A stretch of 64,000 nt of DNA from Hemiscyllium ocellatum. Lineage: Eukaryota. Where the stretch lies: positions 41,441,090-41,505,089 of the forward strand of contig NC_083435.1 in NCBI RefSeq assembly GCF_020745735.1. Direction: 5' to 3'. Below, in pieces: positions 24,500 through 36,494 of this stretch. The notes beneath the pieces are model-generated. The model did not search any database, was not told where the DNA came from, and saw only the letters and a program-made list of their open reading frames with translations. A program made the position numbers and the translations under genes. Position 1 is the stretch's first letter; each line of letters begins with the position of its first letter.

Positions 24500-27400
24500 A
24501 GAGTCATAGAGATGTACAGCACGGAAACAGACCCTTCAGTCCAACCTGTCCATGCCGACCAGATTTCCCAACCCAACTTAGTCCCACTTGTCAGCACCCG
24601 TCCCATATCCCTCCAAACCCTACCTATTCATATACCCATCCAAATGCCTCTTAAATATTGCAATTCTACCAGCCTGCACCACATCCTCTGTCAGCTCATT
24701 CTGTACACGTACCACCCTCTGCGTGAAAAAGTTGCCCCTTGGGTCTCTTTTATATCTTTCCCCTCTCACCCTAAACCTTTTGTCTATTTATCCTATCCAT
24801 GCCCCTCATAATTTTGTAAACCTCGATAAGGTCACCCCTCAGCCCCCAACGCTCCAGGGAAAACAGCCCCAGCCTGTTCAACCTTTCCCCATAGCTTAAA
24901 TCCTCCAATCCTGGCAACATCCTTGTAAATCTTTTCTGAACCCTTTCAAGTTTCACAACATCTTTCCGATAGGAAGGAGACCAGAAATGCATGCAATATT
25001 TCAACATTGGCCTATCCAATGTCCTGTACAGCCGCAACATGACCTCCCAACTCCTGTAGTCAATACTCTGACCAATAAAGGAAAGCATACCAAACGCCTT
25101 CTTCACTATCCTATCTATCTGTGACTCCACTTTCAAGGAACTATGAACCTGTACTCCAAGGTCTCTTTGTTCAGCAACACTCCCTAGGACCTTACCATTA
25201 AGTGTATAAGTCCTACTAAGATTTGCTTTCCCAAAATGCAGCACCTCGCATTTATCTGAATGAAACTCCATCTGCTACTTCTCAACCCATTGGCTCATCT
25301 GGTCTAGATCCTGTTGTAATCTGAGGTAACCCTCTTCGCTGTCCATGCCGACCAGATATCCCAACCCAATCTAGTCCCATCTGCCAGCACCTGGCCCATT
25401 TCCCTCCAAACCCTTCCTATTCATATACCCATCCAAATGCCTCTTAAATGTTGCAGTTGTACCAGCCTCCACCACAATTTTGGTGTCATCTGCAAACTTA
25501 CTAACTGTGCCTCTTAATGCTCGCATCCAAATCATTTACGTATATGACAAAATGTAGAGGGCCCAGCACCGATCCTTGTGGCACTCCACTGCTCATAGGC
25601 CTCCAATCTGAAAAATAACCCTCCACCACCTCTGTCTTCTACCTTTGAGCCAGTTCTGTATTCAAATGGCTAGTTCCCCCTGTATTCCATGAGATCTAAC
25701 CTTGCTAATCAGTCTCCCATGGTGAACCTTGTTGTACGCCTTACTGAAGTCCATATAGATCACATCACAGCTCAGCCCTTATAAGTCTTCTTTGTTACTT
25801 CTTCAAAAAACTCAATCAAGTTTCTGAGACATGATTTCCCACGCACAAATCGATGTTGACTATCCCTAATCAGTCCTTGCCTTTCCAAATACATGTACAT
25901 CCTGTCCCACAGGATTCCCTCCAACAACTTTCCCACCACTGAGGTCAGGCTCACCGGTCTATAGTTCCCTGGCTTGTCCTTACCGCCCTTCTTAAACAGT
26001 GGCACCACATTTGCAAACCTCCAGTCTTCCGGCACCTCACCTGTGACTATCTATGATACAAATATCTCAGCAAGAGGCCCAGCAATCACTTCTCTGGCTT
26101 CCCATAGAGTTCTCGCTTACACCTGATCAGGTCCTGGGGATTTACCCACCTTTAACCATTTCAAGACATCCAGCACTTCCTCTTCTGTAATCTGGACATT
26201 TTGCAAGATGTCACCATCTATTTCCCTACAGTCTATATCTTCCATATCCTTTTCCCCCATTTTCTGTGGCTCCACACAAAGGCCGCCTTGCTGATCTTTG
26301 AGGGGCCCTATTCTCTCCCTAGTTCCCCTTTTGTCCTTAACATATTTGTAAAAACCCTTTGGACTCTCCTTAATTCTATTTGCAAAAGCTATCTCATGTC
26401 CCCTTTTTGCCCTCCTGATTTCCCTCTTAAGTATACTCCTACTTCCTTTCTCCTCTTCTAAGGATTCACTCGATCTGTTCTGTCTATACCTGACATTTGC
26501 TTCCTTCTTTCTCTTTACCAAACCCTCAATTTCTTTAGTCATCCAGCATTCCCTATACCTACCAGCCTTCCCTTTCACCCTGACAGGAATATACTTTCTC
26601 TGGATTCTTGTTATCTCATTTTCCAGCTGTCCCTTTACCTGCGAACATCTGCCTCCAATCAGCTTTCAAAAGTTCTTGCCTAATACCTTCAAAACTGGCC
26701 TTTCTCCAATTTAGAACTTCAACTTTTAGATCTGGTCTATCTTATTCCATCACTATTTTAAAATGAATGGAATTATGATCGCTGGCCCCAAAGTGCTCCC
26801 CCACCGACATCTCAGTTACCTGCCCTGCCTTATTTCCCAAGAGTAGGTCAAGTTTTGCACCTTCTCTAGTAGGTACATCTACATACTGAATCAGAAAGTT
26901 GTCTTGTACACACTTAAGAAATTCCTCTCCATCTAAACCTTTAACACTATGGCAGTCCCAGTCAGTCTTTGGAAAGTTAAAATCCCCTACCATAACTACC
27001 CTATTATTCTTACAGATAGCAGAGATCTCCTTACAAGTTTGTTTCTCAATTTCCCTCTGACTATTAGGGGGTCTATATTACAATCCCAATAAGGTGATCA
27101 TCTCTTTTTTATTTCTCAGTTCCACCCAAATAACTTCCTTGGATGTATTTCCGGGAATATCCTCCCTCAGCACAGCTGTAATGTTATCCCTTATCAAAAA
27201 TGCCACTCCCCCTCCTCTCTTGCCTCCCTTTCTATCCTTCCTGTAGCATTTGTGTCCTGGAACATTAAGCTGCCAGTCCTGCCCATCTTCGAGCCACGTT
27301 TCTGTAGTTTCTATGATATCCCAGTCTCATGTTCCTAACCATGTCCTGAGTTCATCTGCCTTCCCTGTTAGGCCCCTTGTATTGAAATAAATGCAGTTTA

Positions 27401-28075
27401 ATTTATTAGTCTTACCTTGTCCCTGCCTGCCCTGACTGTTTGACTCACTTCTGTTCTCAACTGTACCAGCCTCAGATTGATTTCTTTCCTCACTATCTCC
27501 CTGAGTCCCACGCCGCCACCTTACTAGTTTAAATCCTCCCAAGCAGTTCTAGCAAATTTTCCTGCCAGTATATTAGTCTCCTTCCAATTTAGGTGCAATC
27601 TGTCCTTCTTGTACAGGTCACTTCGACCCCAAAAGAGATTCCACTGATCCAAAAATGTGAATCCTTCTCCCATACACCAGCTCCTCAGCCATGCATTCAT
27701 CTGCTCTATCCTCCTATTCCTGCCCTCACTAGCTCGTAGCACTGGGAGAAATCCAGATATTAGTACTCTTGAGGACCTCCATTTTAAATTTCTGTCTAAC
27801 TCTCTGTTATCTCCCTTCAGAATCTCAACCTTTTCCCTTCCAATGTCATTGGTTCCAATGTGGACAATGACCTCTTGCTGGCCCCTCTCCCCCGTGAGAA
27901 CATTCTGCACCCTCTCTGAGACATCCTTGATCCTGGCACCAGGGAAACAACACACCATTCTACTTTTTCTCTGCTGGCCACAGAAACATGTGTCTGTTCC
28001 TCTGACTACAGAATCCCCTAACGCAATTGATTTCTTGGAAGCAGACATACCCCTCATTGCATTAGAGCCAGTCTA
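24500..28075 (-). mobile_element. Near-complete but disrupted CR1 (HER1-like) LINE: ORF1 SGNH-esterase, ORF2 EN-RT and 3' UTR
   Basis: ORF1 (27524-28057) has GDSVVRG, HIGTNDIG and DRLHLN. ORF2 has VGDFNFP, SDHN, PEDWRFANVVPLFKKG and GNYRPVSLTS. Stops and deletions are present. Confidence 0.93.
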
Positions 28076-28439
28076 GTAATGTGAGCCAGCTCTCAGGAGT
28101 GGATTATGGGGTACAATTTGACCCTGCTTTGGTTGATGATGTGAATTATAGACAGATCTTCTTCAGGTGAAGATGTTTGACTCATACCACAGGGAGTGTT
28201 TGTACTTTTTATTCTGAGAGGACTAAAATCTTGAGTATGGTGAGGGAGTTAGAATTATGTGTTCCTTTTCACCAAAAGACTCAGGGCCCTACAGTTCTGT
28301 ACACAATACATTGATCAATGTCGCTGTGGACCGAGTGTCTGGTGCGCTTATTGTTTCCAGCTCTCAGCAAATATAATGTTTCCTTGAATGAGATTTACTC
28401 ATTTATGTATCAACTTGCATTAAATTATGGCATCCAGAA

Positions 28440-28760
28440 ACATTTTACATTCTTTGAGGTACTTTGTGGGCAATTGCCTGTTGTGGCAAGGCAATGTGGT
28501 AGCCAATGTATGTACAAACAAACTCCACAAAACTGTAATGTGATCACAACCAGACAATCTGTTTTTGTGACATTGAATGTTGGAGCAATATTGTCCAGGA
28601 CATCTGAGGTAACACCCATCTGTTCTACAATGTAGTGTTCATGGTTCTTACACATCTTCCTGAGAAAACAAACAGGACTCTGCTTTAACTCAACTGAAAC
28701 ATGATTCTTCCAACAGTGCGGCACTCTCTCAGTATTATGTAGGAATTGTTGAGCTAATTA
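28440..28760 (-). mobile_element. Old Deu-domain SINE (SacSINE1/AmnSINE1-like)
   Basis: Reverse-strand TGAGAGAGTGCCGCACTGTTGGA and Deu-like core; related copies at about 51000-51200 and 59490-59870. Confidence 0.55.
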
Positions 28761-29384
28761 AAATTTTGGGGTGCTTGTCCCTGAAATCAATTTAACTTTG
28801 TACCCTAACTTACAATATTTGCACTTCTCACTGAGCTGATCTACTGCATGCAATGAAATCATGGAAACAATTAAGAGCTGTGAGCAAAGTAGATTATTAA
28901 TTATTAGCTGTTAATTTATTCACAGTAAGTATACTTAACAAAAATAGTGTAGAGACTGTGAATTAATCCTCACTTTTCACTGGCCCTTTAAATTGTTGAT
29001 AGCACTGAAATATCTTTGTCTTCATCCTGATTTGAACAATGTCTTGGGAAAGTTTTTCTTGATTCATTCATGGGATAGGGGCAAGGGTTGCTAAGACAAC
29101 AATTATTGTCCTTCCCAATTTTCCTGGAGGAGGTGGTGATGAACTGCTTTCTTTAACTGCTGCAATTTTCATTTTCTCTCTGACTTCATAAAATGAGAGG
29201 CAGGATGTGAGTAAATTAATCTGTAAATGATTGTTAAATTTACCTTGGGATGTGGAGACACACCCTGTGCTTTCAGAGAGGGATTCCTTGTTACTTTCCC
29301 AGTGGCAGTGAAGGAGCAATGACAAAGTTCCATGTCAGGATGGTGTGTAGTTTGAAAGGGACGTTGGAGGACGGTTCCTCCAAC

Positions 29385-29775
29385 ACGACGGTTGGAGGAA
29401 GAGCACCTCATCTTCCGCCTGGGAACCCTCCAACCACAAGAGATGAACTCAGATTTCTCCAGTTTCCTCATTTCCCCTCCCCCCACCTTGTCTCAGTCAA
29501 TTCCCTTGAACTCAGCACCGCCCTCCTAACCTGCAATCCTCTTCCTGACCTCTCCGCCCCCACCCCACTCTGGCCTATCACCCTCACCTTGACCTCCTTC
29601 CACCTATCACATCTCCATCGCCCCTCCCTCAAGTCCCTCCTCCCTACCTTTTATCTTAGCCTGCCTGGCACCCTCTCCTCATTCCTGATGAAGGGCTCTG
29701 GCCCGAAACGTCGAATTTCCTGTTCCTTGGATGCTGCCTGACCTGCTGTGCTTTAACCAGCAACACATTTTTAGC
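29385..29775 (+). mobile_element. Penelope-like element 3' end
   Basis: GIY-YIG C-terminal remnant (RRLEEEHLIFRLGTLQP), C-rich UTR and hammerhead-containing terminus. Confidence 0.8.
29681..29716 (+). ncRNA. Minimal type I hammerhead ribozyme motif at Penelope terminus
   Basis: ATTC-CTGATGA-A-GGGC-TCTG-GCCC-GAAA-C-GTC-GAAT: catalytic boxes, stem II GGGC/GCCC, stem I ATTC/GAAT and GUC cleavage triplet. Confidence 0.65.
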
Positions 29776-29880
29776 TTTGACATACACTCTTACACCCGGA
29801 TGCCTTTTCTCCTGCGGGAATTCCATGATGTTCAGCAGGATTGAAGATTCAGAGAGAACATTAGTGCAAACCCCCCCAGT

Positions 29881-30726
29881 TCAAGTGTGGCTCCTCTGAT
29901 GGGCCAGGAGTGTTGACAAGTGTCTGTAGGCTTTGTCACACAGCTCACATGTGAATGGTTTCTCCCTTGTGTGAGTGCGTTGGTGGTTACGGAGGGTTGA
30001 TGACCTTGAAAATGATTTATTGCACAGATGACAGGTGAATGGTTTCTCCCCTGTATGGATACGTCGGTGTTGCATGAGTGTCGATGGCTGTGTGAAGGCT
30101 CGAGCACATACTTCACATTTAAAAGGCTTCTCCCCTGTGTGAATTCTTTGGTGCATCAGGAGATGTGAATATTGAGTGAAAGCCATCTCACAAACCTCAC
30201 ACCTGAAGTGTTTCTCTCCTGTGTGAATCCTGTGATGCATTAGAAGCCTGGTAGATGTCGGGAAAGTTTTACCACAAACCTCACACTTGAAGGGTTTCTC
30301 CCCTGTGTGAATTGTCTGATGGCGCAGGAGGTTTGATGACTGTGTGAAGGCTTTGTCACATATTTCACACGTGAACAACTTCTCCCTGTTATGAGTACGT
30401 TGGTGAGCACGAAGGGTTGATAAATCAGAGAAAGATTTGATACACACCTCACATGTGAATGGTTTCTCTCCTGTATGAATGTACTTGTGTGTGAGGAAGG
30501 TTGATGACCGTGAGAATGACTTGTTACACACTTCACATTTAAATGGTTTCTCCCCAGTGTGAATCCGTCGGTGATTTACGAGTGTTGATGAGTGTGCAAA
30601 AGCTTGGTCACAAATCTCGCATTTGAATGGTTTCTCCCCAGTATGAATGCGTTGGTGACTCACCAACCTCGATAAGTGTATAAAAGCTCGGTCACAAAAT
30701 TCACACTCAAATCGTTTTCCTTCCAT
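29881..30726 (-). CDS. Tandem C2H2 zinc-finger protein ZNF-B, 10 fingers
   Basis: 10 intact C2H2 units with TGEKP-type linkers; the conserved acceptor places the exon start at 31176. Confidence 0.92.
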   Translation of the reverse strand: MEGKRFECEFCDRAFIHLSRLVSHQRIHTGEKPFKCEICDQAFAHSSTLVNHRRIHTGEKPFKCEVCNKSFSRSSTFLTHKYIHTGEKPFTCEVCIKSFSDLSTLRAHQRTHNREKLFTCEICDKAFTQSSNLLRHQTIHTGEKPFKCEVCGKTFPTSTRLLMHHRIHTGEKHFRCEVCEMAFTQYSHLLMHQRIHTGEKPFKCEVCARAFTQPSTLMQHRRIHTGEKPFTCHLCNKSFSRSSTLRNHQRTHTREKPFTCELCDKAYRHLSTLLAHQRSHT

Positions 30727-31969
30727 GTTGCTGCTCAGCTCATGGACAACTGAAATGTGTTAGGATACATCATGAATCTGTGGAATACTCCTAATTCTTG
30801 AACAGTCTTTCACCTACAGGAAAGAATTACTCGTTCAAGAAGCTTGATGAATGATTGAAGCTCTCACCACATTTGGAGCCACTCATTTTTTTCCAGCCTC
30901 ACCCTGACCGACACCCATAGCTGAACCTTCAGGAAGGTTGGTTCTGATGGAAAGCTCGACACCACTGACCAGTTTCAGGTCTGATGATATGTCAAAGCTC
31001 CTCTGATCTGACTGATTTCCAGATGATGGTTTCAATGCCCGAACTCCTCTGTGTTGAGCAATGCTGTAAAGGGATTGGATGTCTTCCCACAGTTGTACAA
31101 TTGTTCTTTCGATGATGGTCAGGATCTGTGCTGCCTATTGTCTCTGTATTCTCTGGTGTAGTACAGTGCAATCCTTCTGTAAAACAGGAAAAGGAAATGT
31201 GATTTCCTCCAACTTTGATTTGCTCCTCCTCATGAATTGAAGGGGCTGATTCCTCAGTTAAGGAATTGTTCCACAGTAAATTCCAGTCTGCTATTCACCT
31301 CTGTGGAGGGAAATCAGATACAAGTCCTTTCTTTTTCCTCACTTGACCATCATACACCCTCTGTTTCCAACAGGGACACTGGACGAAGACCAGGAGCAGA
31401 AAGTGCAGTGATTTTCTTTCATCTGCCCAGCCCTCATTTTCACAGGCACCATGACAGCAATGGAGAGTATGAGTTCACTGAAAACTAATATCACTGAAAC
31501 TTGTCAATCTGGAAAGATTCGAGGCTCCTCAGTCATCATCCTAGGTATGCTTCCTCCTGAGGTGTTAGGAAAAGTCCCTTCAAACACACAAATTCTCCCT
31601 TTCAAGCAGGTGGAGGCCAAGTGTGCTTTATTGGTCTTTGTAATATTATCAATTTAAAACAACTGCCATGAAGGTTGCTCTGAGATCATACAATTCTGCC
31701 TGACAACAGGCCACCTGGTCTGGTTACCATGTGGACAGATTGAAATTTCCTGAGCAAGATGTAAAGTTATCACACCTGAAAACAAGGATAACAGCAGCAG
31801 GGACTAACTGAACAGACTTTCAGTCTCTGAGATTACAGACAGAGAGTGAGACAGATTATAGACAGGCCTCGAGGACTACAGCCAGTGTGATCAGAGGGGA
31901 GGAGAAGGTGTTCTTCTATGGACTGCCAAGCAGAATGTGACAGGGAACACAGTCACATGGCACATTTGT

Positions 31970-32275
31970 GGGCGGCACGGTGGCACAGTGGTTAGCACTG
32001 CTGCCTCACAGCGCCTGAGACCCGAGTTCAATTCCTGACTCAGGCGACAGACTGTGTGGAGTTTGCACGTTCTCCCCGTGTCTGCGTGGGTTTCCTCCGG
32101 GTGCTCCGGTTTCTTCCCACAGTCCGAAGACGTGTCGGTCAAGTGAATTGGCCATGCTAAATTGCCGTAGTGTTAGGTTAGGGGTATGGGTGGGTTGCGC
32201 TTCGGTGGGTCAGTGTGGACTTGTTGGGCCGAAGGGCCTGTTTCCACACTGTAAGTAATCTAAAATCTAATCTAA
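31970..32275 (+). mobile_element. HE1 SINE (young, near full length)
   Basis: GGGCGGCACGGTGGCACAGTGGTTAGC head, V-domain and AATCT tail. Confidence 0.92.
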
Positions 32276-32569
32276 ATTAATGTAACAATCTTAAAACTCT
32301 GGAAAATTTGTCCTGGTGAGGCAGAGGAAGATTGGCAATTGGTTCAGCGCTTCTCTGTAAAACTCAGAGGAACAGCTTCTGATGATCATTGAAAGTTATG
32401 ATTCAGTGAATTAGGTAAAGTGCATCTCTTGAAAGCTGGATTTGAATTTGGACTCAGTTCCTTCAAAAACTGAGATTCTGGAGAACGCAGAATCTAAATT
32501 ATAACCATGATATATTTAGCTCTGTTAAATTAAAGAGAGACATTTCTTCTGCAATTCAGTGTGCTAACG

Positions 32570-32900
32570 GGAGGTGATGGCCTAGTGGTATTATCACTGG
32601 ACTGTTAATCCAAAGGCCTAGATAATGTTCTGGGAACCTGAGTTCAAATCCCACCACAGCAAATGGTGGAATTTGAATTCAATTTTTAGAAAAACTGGAA
32701 TTAAAAGTCTAATGATGACCATGAATTGATTATCAGAAAAATCCATCTGGTTCACTAATGCTCTTTAGGGCAGGAAACTGCCATTCTTACCTGGTCAGGT
32801 TGCAGACCTACAGCGATGTGGTTGACTCTTAACTACCCTCTGGATGGACAATAAATGCTGCCTATCCAGTGATGCCCTCATCCTATGTGTGAATAAATAA
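32570..32900 (+). mobile_element. tRNA-derived shark SINE with LINE-derived tail
   Basis: A-box TGGCCTAGTGG, B-box GTTCAAATCC and tail AATAAATGCTG..GAATAAA; 5' fragments at about 4150 and 43290. Confidence 0.65.
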
Positions 32901-32934
32901 ATTGTTGCTGACTTGGTGTATTTTAGACAATGTC

Positions 32935-33330
32935 GAGAGTGTGATGCTGGAAAAGCAAAGCAGGTCAGGCAGTATCCAAGGAGCAGGAGAATCAACGTTT
33001 CGGGCATAAGCCCTTCATCAGGAATGAGACTTATGAGCCGGAGGGGTTAAGAGATAAATGTGAGGAGGGGAAGGTAGCTGAGAATGCCATAAGCAAATGA
33101 AGGTAGGGGAGAGGTGATATATAGGAGAGGATGATGGACAGGTCAAGAGGGAGCGGTGCCGAGTTGGAAGGTTGGGACTGGGATAAGGTGGTGGGAGGGG
33201 AAATGGGGAAACTGGTGAAATCCACATTAATTCCATGTGGTTGCAGTGCCCCAAGGCAGAAGATGAGGCATTCTTCCTTCAGGCATCAGGTGGTTAGGTT
33301 TTGGCGAGGGAAAGTCCTCACTTTCTCGTA
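32935..33330 (-). mobile_element. Penelope-like 3' end with hammerhead motif
   Basis: Reverse complement of CTGATGAAGGGCTTATGCCCGAAACG at about 32995-33021; a second tail lies at 33995-34125. Confidence 0.75.
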
Positions 33331-33499
33331 GTTGAGGTCATGTTTCTTTGCTTTGTTGGAGTAAAATATTGAAAACTTGAAATCTTGTACTGCAATTCCT
33401 TTAAATTGCTCACGAGGATGTCAATTCTCTTTTCAAAAGTCAACAGTCTGTAAGGGATGATATCAATACCTCACTGACAAAACATTTAGCATTACAGTT

Positions 33500-33990
33500 C
33501 ATTGAAACAGACCCTTTGGTCCAAAACGTTCACGCCGACCATGTTCACAAACCAAACTAGTCCCACCTGCATGCACTTGACCCATTCCCATCCAAATCTT
33601 TCCCATTCATGAAGTTATTCAAATGTCTTTTAAACATTGTAATTGTACTTGCATCTACCACTTCCTCTGGAAGTTTATTCCACACACAAATCAGTCTGTA
33701 TAAAATAGTTGTCTTTCTCCTCTCACCTTAAAATCGCGCCCCATGCTTTTAAACTCCCTTACCTTAGAGAAAGGACCTTTACCACCTTATCTATGCCCCT
33801 CATGATTTTATAAACCTCAATAAAGTTAACCCTTCAACCTTCAACGTTAAAAAACTCCCAGCCTATTTTTAATCCTCCATTCCCAGCAACAGCCTGGTAA
33901 ATATTTTCTGAAGCCTCTCCAGTTTAATAATATCCTCCCTATAACAGGATGACCAGATTGGATACAGTACACCAGAAAAGGCTTCACCAA
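33500..33990 (-). mobile_element. CR1 3' fragment
   Basis: Reverse CR1 3' UTR and RT C-terminus. Confidence 0.75.
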
Positions 33991-34497
33991 GAGCCTAGGA
34001 GAAAGTCAGGACTGCAGATGCTGGAGATCAGAGTCGAGAGTGTGATGCTGGAAAAGCACAGCAGGTCAGACAGCATCCAAGGAGCAGGAGAATCGATGTT
34101 TCGGGCATAAGCCCTTCATTAGGAATCATACACCATCACAACAATGTTAGTGGGAGATTGCTCTGCACACACTGTCTGTCACTTTCCGACATTATGACAT
34201 CATCTACAATTCATAAAGTACTTCATTTGCTGGCGAGCACTTGGAACATCTGGTGGTTATGAAATCTGTATATAAATGTAAGGCTTTTCTTTCCTGGGAG
34301 AGTTGGAGATAGGGTGGGATGTGACCTTGGAGGGATTTGAAAAGAAAGCAAATATCAACAACTCAATTCAAATACACAAGTGACCATTTACCATCCACAA
34401 GATAATAAACAGCGCCTACCACACACACAAAACTCAACACCAGGAAACGAATAAGGATTCTCAGACACTCTTCACTTCCCAGATAATGACACCTCAC

Positions 34498-34910
34498 CCT
34501 CTCATATTCAGGAATGAGTCACCAACAAAATTCAGCCTGGAAATCAGAGGGAAATGCTTCCAATAAACACACTCAATATCCAACACACAACTCCAGTCAC
34601 ACAGTTCAGCACAAAGCACCAAGTAAACAGCTCTCTCAGCTGGATCTTCCTACACAGCATAAGGGACATTTCCACCCCTGATTACCCACAGGATAGTCAG
34701 ACTGCCTGAAGATTGGTGTGGATATTATGGGATACAATTTGTATAAAAGCTGCTCGTTCGCTCACCATCTCCTCACTTAGTTTTCAGTCTTTATAGGAAG
34801 TGAACCAGCTCTGGAAGAGGAAGAGGAGACAATGGGCAGAGTGGGTGGACTCTCTGATTGATGTCTCTCACAGTCAATCCAAATATTTCTGGAGCAAACG
34901 GAGTTTCCTG
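34498..34910 (-). promoter_or_regulatory. Putative promoter, exon 1 (ATG 34768-34766) and 39-nt exon 2 (34536-34498) of ZNF-B
   Basis: Near-identical to 2680-3005 and 60150-60470; canonical GT/AG boundaries. Confidence 0.6.
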
Positions 34911-35739
34911 AAACTTTGGAAACTGACCGGGGAGATGGAGGTGACTGAGCAGCAGATCAGGCGGGGTTTAAATTTGTCATTGTCCCATCTAAATAGTATT
35001 TGACAGAGATTTCTAGTATGGGAATAACATTCTTCATCCTCAGAGGCTTTCATACTGACAACATCAAAGTGGGGTGTGCAGCATCGAATGTGTTTGACAG
35101 CAGATCAGAAGTGAAAGACATATAGCACCGAAGACAGTGATGATGTGCACTGGCAGAATCAGCACATGCACAGGAGGGAGGGGCACCGGACATTGAAAAA
35201 TCACTCTCACGCGAATTTGAAGGGATCACCATCAGGCAGCCCCCCCCCCACAATCAAAACTCACAGAGAAGCTACAGCATTTGTTACTTACAGTCACGCT
35301 CCATGCAAACTGACCCTGGTGTGTAGGTTTAACCCGGGTCACTCACACCTGGATCAGGATCAAGACTTATGTACCTCAGATATTCAGATGTTCCTGTATT
35401 CCTGACTTTAATGTTATCGGACACTAGATTTAGAAGCAGAACCTGGGCCAAATGGAAAGAGGCCTCTCGACCCAATGTATCCAGTGGTGACAGGGTGCAC
35501 TGCAGCTCCCTCTCGCTGAGACATAACTGCAATTTCCAGATGTTAAATGATTGTTCTGAAGTATGCTTGTATTTAATCAAGTGGGATTTAGAATGTTTAG
35601 GTTTTTGATGTGGGGATCATCTATTATTACTGAGCCTGTGGGTTTAACTTCGTCCTGAATTCTACACAGTCCTCCCCATCGATTTCTGTTCTCCTGACAC
35701 CAGGGACTTTCCCATCTTTCACAGTGAAACTCCTTGAGT

Positions 35740-36290
35740 GTGAGGTTTACGATAAAGGTGACACCTTTCAGCCTCCAGATACACCAGGTAATTCACATTG
35801 GTGAGAATCTCTTCCAATTTGAGGTTTGTGAAATGGCTTTTATTCAAATCTCTGATCTTCAAGGCAACAGAGAATTTATAGAGAAGAGAAATGCTTTGAT
35901 ATTCAGGTTTACGGCCAAGCCTGCACACAGTTATCTACCCATGTGGATCACTGATTTATTCATATGAGGCAGAAGCAATTCCCATGTGAGGTATGACAGA
36001 TCCACCTTGAGGTCATCATACCTTCTGAGATATGAGAGAATTCACACAGGGGAATATCTCTCAGATGTGATGTTTCTGAAAAGGCTTTCACCCAAACCTC
36101 TGATCTCCTAAAACACCAGCGAATGTGTATTCGTGAGAAAATATTCAGGTGAGACATGTGATTGGTCTTTCACACAAACAGCGTACCTCCTGGTCCATCA
36201 AACCACTCAAACAAGGGGAGAAACTGTTCAGGTGTGTATTCCACAATAATGGCTTCAGACAGATGTCAGATCTCCTGGAACATTAGTGTT
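35740..36290 (+). pseudogene. Heavily decayed C2H2 zinc-finger array
   Basis: IHIGENLFQFEVCEMAF, CACACAGGGGAA and KAFTQTSDLLKHQR remnants with stops and frameshifts. Confidence 0.75.
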
Positions 36291-36494
36291 ATGAACCAGC
36301 CCAAACCACCTCAAAATATGTTAAGACGAAAGTATAGATCTTAATATTTTCTTATCTTAAAAGTAAGTGTAAGGCATTGCATTCCAGATGCAATTTAATT
36401 GGTCAAACTACTCTACCTTTAGCAAAACAGGCTTCATTTTTATATTCCAGTTAAAATGCAGACAGAATAAAAACGAAAGAATTGACTTAACAGA

